Shown: positions 13,732 to 26,850 of the stretch, one piece after another
Layout of the letters: each line of letters begins with the position of its first letter
Position numbering within the stretch: the first letter of the stretch is position 1
From: the human T2T-CHM13v2.0 reference genome, Homo sapiens
Assembly (NCBI RefSeq): GCF_009914755.1
Contig: NC_060925.1
Reading direction: 5' to 3' (one strand)
Length of the DNA: 64,000 bases
The notes under the pieces: model-generated
Database searches by the model: none
The model's input: the letters and a program-made list of their open reading frames with translations, nothing else
Told to the model about the DNA's origin: nothing
Position numbers and translations under genes: made by a program

Positions 13732-14133
13732 TCAACAATAAAAATAATCAAATTTCTGATACATGCCAACATAGATTAATCTCAAAAGCATTATGCTAAG
13801 TGAAAAAGTTGGACTCAAAAGGCTACACACTGCGTGATTAAATGTGTATAAATGACATTCTATAGAAAGAAAATCTATAGGTCTGGGAAATGAAATGATC
13901 ATTTCCAAGTTGTGGGGAAGAGCAGATGTAGTGCAAAGGGGCACAAGAGTACTTTTTGAGGTGATAGGAGTATTCTGTACCCTGTGATTTGATAGTGGCC
14001 ACTCAACTGTATGCATTTGTCAGAACTCTTTAAACTCTTTTTAAAGCAGTGAATTTTATTGAACTTTTTTTGAACTTTTTATTGAACTTTTTTTATTGTA
14101 AAACTTACTTCAATACATTTGATTTTTTTTAAA
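13732..14133 (+). mobile_element. L1ME 3' end
   Basis: AATCTCAAAAGCATTATGCTAAGTGAAAAA...GCAAAGGGGCACAAGAG...TGCATTTGTCAGAACTC. Confidence 0.8.
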
Positions 14134-15484
14134 GAGTATGTGCTCTCAGGCATGAAGAAGAATGGTGTATCTGAGTATTATTTAATTGCCAATGACATTT
14201 ATCAGTGATTATCAGTGACCTTGCACATATTAAGCTTGTAATAATTATATAAGAGGTGAAAAATAAATATAAACTGTTTTACATGTAAGATTTTAAATTG
14301 TTCTTTTAAGATTAAAGGCTAGACTGCATTATATAATCATCTATTTTAGTAGCTGATACAGTGAAAGAAGCCAATCCTTGAATTACTAGACCTCTACTCC
14401 AAACTGTTAGCCAAATGTTCTGGATTAACATGAACTCCTGAACATAAAGATTAATATACAATTTTCTCCTTCCTTAGAAAAAAAAGTGTTCTCTTTTCCT
14501 CATGCTCTAAAATTTCATTAAATTTTCTGTAATGTCTTTAAGCAGGAAATTCTATTAATTTATTTTCTTTTAAAGATGAATAATATAATGTGAAAAACAA
14601 ATTTGCCATTTGTACAGGGCTTGTTTTGTGGTTGAATGTTATTAATACTATTATAATAGTTTCATAAAGCAGATAAAGACTGGGCTTAATATCATTAACA
14701 TAATTATATAAAATACACTTCATTTAGTGCCTTTTCCACTGTGGGGGTTCTTTTATTACTGAGGCAGTATGGAAAGGCTTTTTCCTAATTTATTCCACAT
14801 TTTATTTTCAACATGAAGTGCTAAACCTATTGAACCATAGACCTTTGGTGAATTGATCTCTTCACTTGCAGTATTTACCGCTCCGGTAAATTAGGTGTAC
14901 ATAATAACCAGCCGTCGACCTCTAGATGCAACAGAGTCAAGCTGCATAAATTCCCATTCTTTCAGATACATATATTGCAATGCGTTTATCTGAGAAGTTG
15001 GTCTACTGCTGCTGTAAATAATTTCATACTGTGGAAACTAATTTCATGCCATCTTTGCTTTCATTTATTTAAAAATAAGGAAAATTTGTGATAAAAGTTC
15101 AGCCATAGCAGCAATATTGTCAAAGTTTTAATTGAGGACATTTTGTATTACAGAAGTTCCACATTTAAATTATATACACTAAGATTATATATTTGATATC
15201 TGAGGACCACCTTTTCTTGATAAAATCATCTATATTTTAGAGAGAGAATTGTCCATTAATTGTGTCACAGTACTTTTTATACTTTAATTTCAATTCTGCC
15301 AATGAATAAATAACTGGAAAAACTCTTTCAAAAGTTAGAAAAGTCATTCCTTGAATAGAGCTGATTGGGAAAATAAGTAACATAAATGACTATGGCAAGT
15401 AAACTCAACAACCAGGGAAATAATATTTGTCAAAAGTAAAATTTTCTGAATTTCCCATGTATGCTTGGAAGACAAAACAGAACA

Positions 15485-15517
15485 ACACACACACATACAC
15501 ACACAAACACACACACA
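15485..15517. repeat. (CA)n microsatellite, interrupted
   Basis: Direct read. Confidence 0.85.
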
Positions 15518-17601
15518 TTCATTGAATAGTATGGTTTACCACAAAGGTACAAGAGATAACATAAGAGGGTAAGCGCAGTTTTACTGCATACAAACCTCTA
15601 AGAAGAAGTCTTCATTTTAAAACAAGAGAATCATTTAATCTGTTGTTGCTCCATTGAGGAAAAATCTACCTAGGCAAAATGCTAACAGCATGAAAGGTAA
15701 AGTTCAGCAAAAAGAACTTAAGGGATTATCGAAAGTTCCAAATTTGCCATTTTGGAATAGGATTTTAATTTTAAAATTTGATGGTATTATGGTTATAAAT
15801 AGATTAATAAATTCATAGCAAAAGCTGACTTTGACAATCAAGAGCCAATTGGTCTTTTCTCAGTCAGAATAATATGGAGCAGAAAACTGAAATGAAATTG
15901 CCCTAAGGAAATTTTTTTGATTGACAAAGAAATCATGATATGAAATGCAATTTTATGTGCGTATTCTTGACAATTATGGAAACATTTTTTACAAGTAAGT
16001 ATTGTGTTAACAGCTTAGTAAAATTAAAATATTAGCAAGGTAGTAATTAGCTGTGTTTCATTTTAAATAGGTGTTCTAAAATGAAGGCATTGTTAAAAAT
16101 TCCTATTTTCAATTTGTTAAAAAGAAATGGTGAAACAATGTCTACATGTATTTCAGATTGCTGGTGAATGAGTAGAGCCAGGCCAGGTGCACATTAGTAC
16201 TAGCAGACAGAGCACTGTTTCTACCACAACATTATCTCTTTCCCATATGTACAACATAGCACTGATGCCTCTGTTCTGGAGTATAAAAAAGAAACTTAAC
16301 TCTATGCCCTAAAAGAACCCGAGGGTGGGGGTTATTCCTGTCATAGGTGAAAGCTATTTAAAAACCAAAAATCAAAAGCAAGCAAAGACCTCGACAGGTA
16401 ATCATTCTCTGAATTGTGCACAGCTAATTTTTCAGTGAAACCAGAATTTTCTCCCCCAAAAAACTGATAATTTGAAAGTTCTAGTGAAAGACATAGACTG
16501 GCTGTTGCAATAATAAACTCGGATTTACTATATATGTGGATTTTACTGGTGAGAATCCAGTAGTCAATAGTTAGGTTTTAGGCAAATTGAATAAATTCAG
16601 ATAATTGATTACCCCACAAACTCACTATGACCATGTTGCAAATGTCATACTGACTTGTAAGAGTGGTGAGCACAAAGTAACAGGTACAAGGAAAAATTAA
16701 GCATCTCTTCTCTCATTTATACATCTAATTTCAAAGCATGTATTTTAGATGACATACCGGAAAATAATATTTGCAATAACAATATATTGGATTATATAAA
16801 AGACATCCCTTTCAGGCCACATTTCCCAGTCAACAGATCCTGAAGGTTATGGTGTAAGAATTCCCGCTGACTTTTCATAAAACCCTATATGACCAAAATT
16901 AATGAACCATCAGATTCTTATATACTCACATTCTAGTTAGATGCTGCTGAGATCTTGGTGAAATCCTATAAGGACAGGGAATGTTTTACTCCTCCCAAAA
17001 ACCTTCCACCCAAGTTTAATTCTAAAACTATTATTTTTAAAATAGTTTGGTATTTTAAAAAATTACATTAATCCATATTTTCTCACTCTGATTAATGGTA
17101 TATAAGCACACATTGAACGAATCAGGTATTAGATAAGCACTGAAACTGAGATATTTCCAGCCTACTGAAGACAAGTTGGATTTGATGAAAGTTAAAATAA
17201 TGAGATGCTTCCTTTAATTATTATATTATTCATCTGACAAAAGCAGCCTTAGTTTAAAATGTAATAAACCTTTTGGATAAATATTATTGCAAGATTTGGG
17301 TAAAGGTAGGTCAGACTCTGAAATCTCAGTTCTTATAAACAAACTCTCATTTATATATTTAAATATTGAGTATTAACATCATAAAAGGCCTTCTGAGTTC
17401 TATTAGGAATTTGGAAAATGTGATTCGGCTTCACATTTTATTACATCGAATGTTATCAAAAGCCAGAAGAGCTTGAACATGTGAAATTATGTTGTTCATA
17501 GTTGGATAAGAAGAAATGTTATTTATTTATCTCTCAGAACTTAACTTCTGGACTATTATTGAGAAGTTGAAAATAATATAGTAAGTATCTTAGGATGTCA
17601 G

Positions 17602-17716
17602 GTTAGGACAAATTTCTTATCAGAGAAATACTTTGATTCCAGAGCCCTTGCTGAAATGTTAGGACAAATTTCTGATCAGAGAAGTACTTTGATTACAGAG
17701 CCCCTGCTGAAATGTT
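17602..17716. repeat. Tandem duplication, 2 x 56 bp
   Basis: Copies 17602-17657 and 17658-17713 differ at 4 positions. Confidence 0.95.
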
Positions 17717-17811
17717 GGAGTGGATATTGCAAGAGGGAGCATTAGTGTCCATGTTAGTACCACATGAATATGATTCAAAATAAACAGTCTGGATAAATTA
17801 TTGATATATGT

Positions 17812-18168
17812 TTATCTTAATCCACTTTTGCTGTTTATAACAAAAGTACCATAAACTAGATGTTTTGTAAACAATAGAAGTTTATTTCTTATACTTCTAG
17901 AGGCTGAGAAGCTTGAGGTGCTCGTGTATTCAGTGTCTAATGAGAACTTGCTTCCTGGTTCATAGATAGCTATCTTCTCACTGTGTCTTCACATGGCAGA
18001 AGGGAAAGTGTTTTCCATGTCTCTTTTATAACGACACTAATCCCATTTTTGAGGTATCCATCCTCATGACCTAATCATCTACCAAAGACTTCACCTATCG
18101 ATACCATCACACTGGGACTTCGGAGTTCAACTGAGAAATCTTGAGAAGACACATTCAGTCTATGGTAA
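17812..18168 (-). mobile_element. MaLR solo LTR (MLT1A/MLT1A0-like)
   Basis: AAACAATAGAAGTTTATTTCTTATACTTCTAGAGGCTGAGAAG...CTCATGACCTAATCA...ACATTCAGTCTATGGTA. Confidence 0.85.
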
Positions 18169-18384
18169 TATTATAAGATAGCTCAGACAATATATCTTAG
18201 CCTTTCAGTACTGAACAGGGAGACATAAATTAGTCCTTCTAGGTTATCACTTTAGAATCTGACCACAAGAGTATTCCAGTCTGTTCCAGTTTCAATGAGA
18301 ACACAGAGAAGTCCAATTGCTTGTCTCAATACTTTTATTGCTTTCTCCCTTTTTCCCAACAATTCTTGAGGTTAGATATGTATA

Positions 18385-20035
18385 AAACACTGGTAAGGTC
18401 ACATCTGAACAGATGTCTAAAATATGTGAAGAAATAGGACAGTGAAGCAGTTGGATATCTACAGAAAAAACATTTTGTGTAGGGAAAACAGCAAAAGAAG
18501 GACCTTGAGATAAAAGCATGTTTGATGTGTTTGAGAAAGAGCAAATAAGACAGTGTTGTTTGAGCAGTGAGCCAGGAGATGAGGTTGATGAGGCATTAGA
18601 TTGTTCAGACACACAGTAAGTTGCAGACCTTCATAAATACCTAGGCTTTTACTCTTCCTGAGCTGTAAAATCAATGCAGAATTTTGAGCAGAGGAATTGT
18701 GCGATATAAAATATATTTTCAGAGGAGCACTCTGTCTTGGCGAAAATATACTGTAAGAGCTAAAGAACAGAAGTGGAGCCACTTATGAGACTGTTTTAAT
18801 ATTCCAGAAGACAGAGGACGGTGTATTGGACCAAAGTGCTAGCAAGGAAGTAGGTGAACTTGTAGTCAGATTCTGGATATATGTTGTACTTAGACCCAAC
18901 AAAATTTGGTGCTGAATTAGATGGTGTGTGAAAACAGAAATAATTCAATAATGACTGTAAAATTATTTGCCTGAGAATATTGGATAGTGGACTTACTTGT
19001 CAAGAAATAGAAAACTGCAGTGAATACAGGACTACAAGATTTGGGAAGAGGTCGATGGTATTGTTTTAAATATTTTATTTTGAAAATCTTATTAAAAATC
19101 CAAGGGGAGGTGTTTGTTATCCATTAGATATACAAGATAAGATGTTATAGTAGACTACAGGCTGAAGTTATATATTAAGGAGTTGTCAAAATGTGTAAGT
19201 ATTTAAGCCAAAAATATAAATGAGTTTGTTTATGGGAAAAAAAATAGAAAAGAAGTAGTCCAATATTTAAAGGTAAGAAAATGTATAAAAGAGACAGAAT
19301 AAGAACAAGCAGGAATTTTAATAGATTGTTTCGTTAGCTCTTTTGTTTTTATTTTAGTTTATTTGTTTTAAGATGGTTAAGATTGCATATTGATAGGTTG
19401 AGAGAACAGATTTGCTAGAATGATAAAACAGATAATACAGCAAGGGAGAAAATAATTGTTGGGGCAATGTCTGAGTAGGTAATAGTGGAAAATTGGTTTC
19501 AAACAGTGGTATGGATAATTCAATGGCACTAATAGGAGAGAAGGCAGAATATGCGGACATAAATGTGGGTACACTGATAGTTACGGTGGTGAGACCATGG
19601 AGACTTATCTTCTGATTGCTTTATTTCCTCTGTTCAATAGCAAGCAGAGCCATTAACAGAGACTGAAAATTAGAAAGGTTGAATTTGGGGCTTAAATAAG
19701 GAGATTTAAATTGTAGCCCATTAGAATGAAATTACTGGGGAAATACAGCAAAACTTTCAGATAATAAGAGCCCACTGATGGTCATTAATTTTGAACTAGG
19801 ACCAGTCACCATGGTTTTGTGATGTTTCTCTAGTCACATTTAGCTGTTTCTGTGTAGGTGTAGAGTAGTCAGCATTGGATGAGTCAGGGGTTTCATCTTT
19901 TTCATGTGACTATGACTTATGCAGACAATACTGATTTAGAATACACATACATGCATGGATTGTGACATCTCACTCATTAAGGAGATATATAAAGATACAG
20001 GGTAGGTGAGAGACAGTAGAAAGTCATGTAGAGTA
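18385..20035 (-). mobile_element. L2 LINE (L2a-like), about 1.6 kb
   Basis: Colinear antisense L2 motifs: GAATTTTGAGCAGAGGAAT, GTCAGATTCTGGATATAT, TCTTCTGATTGCTTTATTT. Confidence 0.8.
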
Positions 20036-20040
20036 ATCTT

Positions 20041-20162
20041 AGGAGGAGGAGGAAGATGAGGGACCGGTCTTACTGTCTCAGGGTGGGGACAGAGGTGGAA
20101 GAAAATTCATATATAAATGGACCCATGCAGCTCAAAACCAGGTTGTTCAAGGGTCCGCTGTA
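20041..20162 (+). mobile_element. Tigger2-family DNA transposon terminal fragment
   Basis: ATAAATGGACCCATGCAGCTCAAAACCAGGTTGTTCAAGGGTCCGCTG+TA matches the Tigger2 end. Confidence 0.75.
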
Positions 20163-20195
20163 CTATAAATGAAAAAATACTGTAGAAATTTTTGA

Positions 20196-20540
<345 letters not shown>

Positions 20541-20869
20541 TAAATACATATAAAATACAATTCCATAAAGAATTTTATTTATTTATTTATTTTCTATATG
20601 CGTGTAGGGCTGCAAATTGATTTATAAAGATACTTATGTACGTAGGTTATAATATCTATGATTTTCATTTCAGGTAATTAACCTAACCATGGTCTGACAC
20701 AGATGAGAACTGGTTGCAAATTCTTCCACTTTGTTCCCTCCATTTCCCATCTGAAATCGTGGTGTCAGCAGAGCTGTGCTCCCTTTGAAACAACCTTGCT
20801 TAGAGAACTTTGCTAAAACTCCTTCTCTCTACCTTTTCTTACCATTATGGATTTATTCTATTTCTATTT

Positions 20870-21070
20870 CAGTTCAGATTTCAGGAGGTATGGTGCATAA
20901 ATCAAAATAACAGCAACAAACTGTCAGCACAATCAGAATGGTTAGTTAAGGAGTGTTTAATAGAGGGTCTTTCTGCAAAGCATACATAAGGTTGAGTAAA
21001 TCAGCAAGGCAGATGTAGTACTCCAGACTAGCAAGGTTAGGTAGTCACAACAGCTGCTCCTCATGCCATG
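20870..21070 (-). mobile_element. Ancient LTR33-like fragment
   Basis: TAAGGAGTGTTTAATAGAGGGTCTTTCTGCAAAG...GTAGTACTCCAGACTAGCAA. Confidence 0.45.
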
Positions 21071-21099
21071 AACTCAGAGACACTGAGTTCATGAATAGG

Positions 21100-21903
21100 A
21101 TAGACTGGAAGGCTCAAGCTGTTGTTGTTTTTCTACACATCTGATGCCTTGGTGGCTTTATTAGTGTCCTAGGGCTTCCATGACAAAGTGCCACAAACTC
21201 TATGGCTTAAAACAAGAGAAATTTATTGTCTCACAGTTCTAGAAGCTGGAAATCTGAAATCTAGGTGTCAACAGGCCTATGCTCACTTTCAAACTTGGAG
21301 AATCCTTCTATGCCTCTTCTAAGATCTGGTGTTTGCTGGCCATGTTGGAATTCCTTGCCTTACACATACATTACTCCAACCTCTGCCCCCATTGTCACAT
21401 GGTCATTTTCTGCTGTGTCTTCTCATGATATTATTTTCTTATGAGGATGCCAGTTATATTGGATTAAGAGCCCACCCTGTGCAATATGACCTCATATCAA
21501 TTGAAATAATTTCATCTGCAATTACTCTACTTCAAAAGAAAATGCTTGCATTCTGAGATAGTTGATGTTAGAAATTAAGCATATATGGGTGGGACACAAT
21601 TAAATTTCTAACACTGAGGATAATTAGAAGCCTGGGCTGTTTGGACTCTTGATACAATGGCACCCTTGAGATAGCCAGATTTCTTATTGAAGCTGGTTTC
21701 GTCCAGAGTAAATGTTCCAAGAGACAAAAAGTGGAGCTGCCAGACACTTAGAGTTTAAGCTTTTAAACTAGTACAGCTTTACCTCCTTTCCGTTCTATTG
21801 ACCAAAGTTGTCATTAGATCCAGCCAATTTGTGAGAAGTTTCTACTTCATTCTTCCAAGGGAGAAGTTACAAGGAGTTAGAAGTGATCTTTAGTCTACCT
21901 CAT
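21100..21903 (-). mobile_element. Older MLT1 LTR (H/I/K-like) split by an MLT1C-like LTR
   Basis: CCAGAGTAAATGTTCCAAGAGAC...TCTATTGACCAAAG...TTTAGTCTACCTCA; matching piece at 21100-21156. Confidence 0.6.
21157..21613 (-). mobile_element. MaLR solo LTR (MLT1C-like)
   Basis: ACAAAGTGCCACAAACT...GGCTTAAAACAAGAGAAATTTATTGTCTCACAGTTCTAG...ATTGGATTAAGAGCCCACCCT...GGGACACAATT. Confidence 0.85.
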
Positions 21904-22239
21904 ATCTCAATTCAGCTGACCTAAACCTTAATTCCAGGATTAAAGATTATAGTAGTTCGATCTTTAATGGTATATGGCAGATTCCCATTGACTAGTATTA
22001 GCTGGCAACAAAATATTAAGAAATGCTGTTATGAACCCCATAAAATCCAGACACAGTCCTTCTTACCCTATGAGGAAGCAATGCAATTGCTCTTTACATT
22101 TGAAACCAGTCAACCAGCCAGTGCAACGAACCCTTTACTCTGTCTACCAGACATGTTGCATGAAGAATGCAAATAACTGCATTTAGTCTTAGGTTCAAAA
22201 TCAATGTCACTGGAACAAGAATCAAAATATACTTAAAGA

Positions 22240-22547
22240 GTCCAGGCATGGTGACTCACACCTGTAATCTCAGCATTTTGGGAGGCAGTGGCGGGTGGAT
22301 CACTTAAGGTCAGGAGTTTGAGACCAGCCTGGCCAACATGGTGAAGCCCCATCTCTACTAAAAATACAAAACGTAGGTGAGCCTGGTGGTGGGTGCCTAT
22401 AATCCCCATTACTCAGGAAGCTAAGGTAGGAGAATTGCTTGAACCTAGGAGGCGGAGACTGCAGTGAGCTGAGATCGCACCATTGCACTGCAGGCTGGGC
22501 AACAGAATAAGACTCCATCTAAAAAAAAAAAAAAAAAAAAAAAAAAA
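22240..22547 (+). mobile_element. AluS
   Basis: Full dimer with A27 tail. Confidence 0.96.
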
Positions 22548-22563
22548 GCTTAAACTATAAGGC

Positions 22564-23339
22564 CCATATCTGTTGTTTTTTTGACTTTTCAATAATAGCT
22601 ATTATGACTGGTATAAGATGATATCTCAGTGTGGCTTTAACTTGAATTTCTTTGATGATTAGAGATGTTGAGCATTTCTTCATATGTTGGTTGGCCATTT
22701 GTATATTTCTTTTGAGACATGTTCACGTTCTTTGCGTAGTTTTTAATGGGGTTATTTTTTTTTCTTGTTATTTGAGCTCCTTTTAGATTCTGGATATTAG
22801 TCCTTTGTCAGAGGCATCATTTGCAAATATTTTCTCCCATTCTGTGTCTGCTTAGTCTTTTGATGATTTTTTTTTTTTTGCTGTGCAGAAGCTTTTTGGT
22901 ATAACAAAGTCCCATTTGTCTATTCTTCTTTTTGTTGCATTTGCTTTTGGATTCTTATTTGCTTAGGTCGATGTTCAGAAGGGTTTATTCTAGATTTTCT
23001 TCTAGGATTTTTATAGTTTCAGGTCTTATATTTAGGTCTTTAATCCATCCTGAGTTAATTTTTATATGGTGAGAGATAGGAGTTCAATTTTATTCCTTGT
23101 CATATAGGTATTCATTTTCTAATTACCATTTATTGAACAGGGAGGTACCTTTTCCCCATTTTTGTTTTTTCACTTATTGAAAATCAGTTGGTTGTTTATA
23201 CATTGTTCTTGGGAATGTAAATTAATCCAACCTCTATGGAAAACAATATACAGACATCTCAAATAACTAAAAATAGGACTACCATTTGACCCAGAAATCA
23301 CACTACTGGGTATTTACCTAGAGGAAAAGAAAAAAAAAA
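22564..23339. mobile_element. 5'-inverted L1 (L1PB or old L1PA ORF2 3' region): minus 22564-23194, plus 23195-23339
   Basis: Antisense ORF2 (GATGTTGAGCATTT, TTTGCAAATATTTTCTCCCATTCTG) abuts sense GGGAATGTAAATT...CTACCATTTGACCCAG, ending in an A-run. Confidence 0.88.
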
Positions 23340-24331
23340 TTACATAAATAGCTGCAAGTGCTACCACGGAAGAATTGAAGAAAGATTCAATATCACTACA
23401 TTGCATAGCTCTTCTTCAAAGGGATCCTTTATCTTCTCATAAAGGAGACCAAGGTCTATAAACTGCTTTTGCTTTGGAAATGGTATAAGAAAGCATGAAA
23501 CACCTGTATAGTCAATCAAGTCAGCTTCCCCAACAGACCTAGAATTTTATCTGCTTATATAGGTTCGCAGCACCTTAATATACTGCCAACTATTTATTTC
23601 ACATGAACCTCATGATAAATCATCCATTGTTGCAGATTTCTGGGGGATCAAGGGTCTATTATCCACTCCATCCGTGTTTCTTATAATATTAGTCAACCTA
23701 TCTTCTCTTACTCCCTCAGGTGGTCTCATTGACCAACTCCAACCAGAAGACAACAAAGCCTGCCTGATGCAGAAAAAATAAATTTGTTCTTCAGACAATA
23801 TAGTATTTAGAGATAGAACATGAGAGTGCAAAGAATACCTTTCTCCCCAGATGTAAGAATTCTCTTTATAAATGCATTTCCCATATTATTCAAACTTTCT
23901 TATTTAAGTTATTTTGTTTTTTATTTTATGATTTGATTATGATGGACAGAGTGAAAATATACAATTTATTTCACGACTAATCATGAGAAGTTTATTTTCA
24001 GATCTGTTTGACAGGCATTGACCGCACATCAAAATACTAATATAAAAACCAGATATTCCCTCATGGATATAGTTTTGAATTGCATACAGGACTATTGAAT
24101 TGGGTTATCTGTGGTATTTTTCAAATTAAATATGAAAGATAAATATTTATGTTTCTCTGTTAGTATGTGTGTGCACATGCCCGTGTGTGTGTGTTTGCGT
24201 GCACACGTGCACACACATGTATTTGAAAAGCCAAAGGCTGGACAGTGGAAGACATCTCTAATTGTATTGTTTTTTAGAAATTTAAACTTATAAAAAATGG
24301 GGAGTTATTTTCTGGTGATAAAACATAAAAA

Positions 24332-24678
<347 letters not shown>

Positions 24679-25887
24679 CTAAGTGTTGTTGGTAGCATGG
24701 CTTCTGCTATGTTGAAATGTGCAATTGATTAAGAAGTAAATTAGCCACAATATAAGTGGCGATGAAAATAATTTGTTTTGTTTTGTCGTTGTTTTTTCCA
24801 AGGCCTTGTTTCTAGTAATCACCAAGGCCAAACTATTTCCATTCTTTTCCATACAACCAGTGATCATTCTAATTAAATCACCTGTTTCTCTAAGTTAATT
24901 AATATGGATATCTGCCACTTATATATGAGAAGTAAAAAATAATGTATAGAAGGTAACTTTAAAAATGTTCCCAATAATAATTGTTCAACATCCTTTCTAC
25001 AATTCCAGGGAACTCACAAACTTATTATACACCTTCTAGCAGATCTCCAAAAAGATAAGTGACAATGAGTCTTTGCATCTGATTATTAAGTAATTGCTTT
25101 TTGTCTTTGAGTGCATTTTGTTAATCGCTATTTCTAATTGAAATTTAAGACAATATGATTTTAAATTAACATTGAAAAATCCAAATGTAATCACGGAAAA
25201 AGTATTAGTCTCTTGGAACTGTGTTTAACAAACAAGTATACTTTTTATTCTTAATATATGTGACTAAATATTAGCATCAGTTTCCACAATCTTCACAGCA
25301 GGAATGCAGACTTTACATTCCTGGAAAAGTACAGCTTCTGCCACTTTTGCATGTAAAAAATGATTTGTTTATCTTATTAGTAAAATCAACTAAGTGAAAC
25401 CAAACTGGATGTGCCTGAAGGATCCTTTTGGTGCATTTTTCAAGTGGTACATATATGGTAGTTGCAGTAGACTGCAAAAACTAAATCCTTTGTTTATATC
25501 AGATTTTCCTATACACATTGAGACCTGCATAAAAATCTAACCTAAATCATTCATTAGAGCCTCATAGAATCCTTGCCAAACTTTGAAATATACTACAATA
25601 TATTATAGAACTCTACTGAAAAACACGAAGGCTCTATTTGTGAAAGAATAAAAAAAGTAGCACATACATTAAAACTTAGCAGGGAAAATAACTTGAATAT
25701 TTATGCATTTTGCACATTTTGAAATATAATTTTATTTTATATGCTTTACAAATAGCAATTGATTATAGAATAGTTATATATCTCTTTAGGTTTTAAATGA
25801 GATTTTATATGTGCTCATATAATATTAATATTGATTACACTACTATGACAACATAAATGTACACAATAAGTTTATAATTGTCTCAGA

Positions 25888-25958
25888 TTTCTCATGTGCC
25901 CTACAAATATATACACCTACTCTATACCCAGAAAAATGTAAAATAAAAAAATTAAAAA
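25888..25958 (+). mobile_element. Very short L1MA 3' tail
   Basis: CATGTGCCCTACAAATATATACACCTACTCTATACCCAGAAAAAT followed by an A-rich end. Confidence 0.65.
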
Positions 25959-26259
25959 TAATAATATTTAAATTGAATTTTTAACATTTACTTCTCTATA
26001 AATGGGAATATCTTCTCTCACAAACCTTCTATGAAAACAAATAAACAACAAAAACTAAAAACACTGATTGTTTTAATTTGTATTAAATCCACCCCCAGGG
26101 ATGGCTGTGCAATCAATATTGGCCAAAATATAGCAGTTATATTGTATGGCAAGAGATGGCATAGATATGGGAGGGGGATCAGGATAAGATATCTCTTAAA
26201 ACCATTACTGTATCAACACTACAAAATATCTACAAAGAATAAATATGATTTAAATAATT

Positions 26260-26850
26260 AATACTGAGACTAGAATTCATACTTATTGAGAATAGAGTAG
26301 GTAAGGATGACTGAACTATAACTGTAAGGTTTTGTGGCATTTATGACATCTCTTAGAGAAATAAGAAAGAAAATAAAAGGTATGGGAGAAATTTGAGAAA
26401 TTGATAAGAAAGAAAAAAAATAGTTATAGGAATTTAGATGAATTGATGTTGATTATGAGGTGACAATGAGTCACATAGGGAATAAGATATACCATAAAAT
26501 GTATATATTGAGAATACAGAAGTAATATCTGGAAAAAGGACTAGTTACTAAATTCATTTTCAGAGTCAATAAAAGCTTATAGAATATTCATCATATATTG
26601 AGAATAGAAGTATAGTTCTATGCATGCATAAAACCAAAGAATCTCTGAAGATTCAAGCAGCATAGGTTAAGTGTTCAATACTATGAAAATGTCAAGTAAT
26701 ACGAAGAAGAAAAACGTAGACATAGTTTTCAGGAAGACGCACATTTTTCTATAAAATGGCAATGTTGTTATTTTAGCTCAATTACAGGTATAATTTCAGT
26801 GGCAAACATGTAGTCACAACAGATGTACAATTTGAGACAAAAAATACAGT
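26260..26850 (-). mobile_element. Highly diverged L2 fragment
   Basis: Purine-rich antisense L2-like motifs (GATGACTGAA...AAGGTTTTGTGGC, GTTGATTATGAGGTGAC). Confidence 0.4.
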
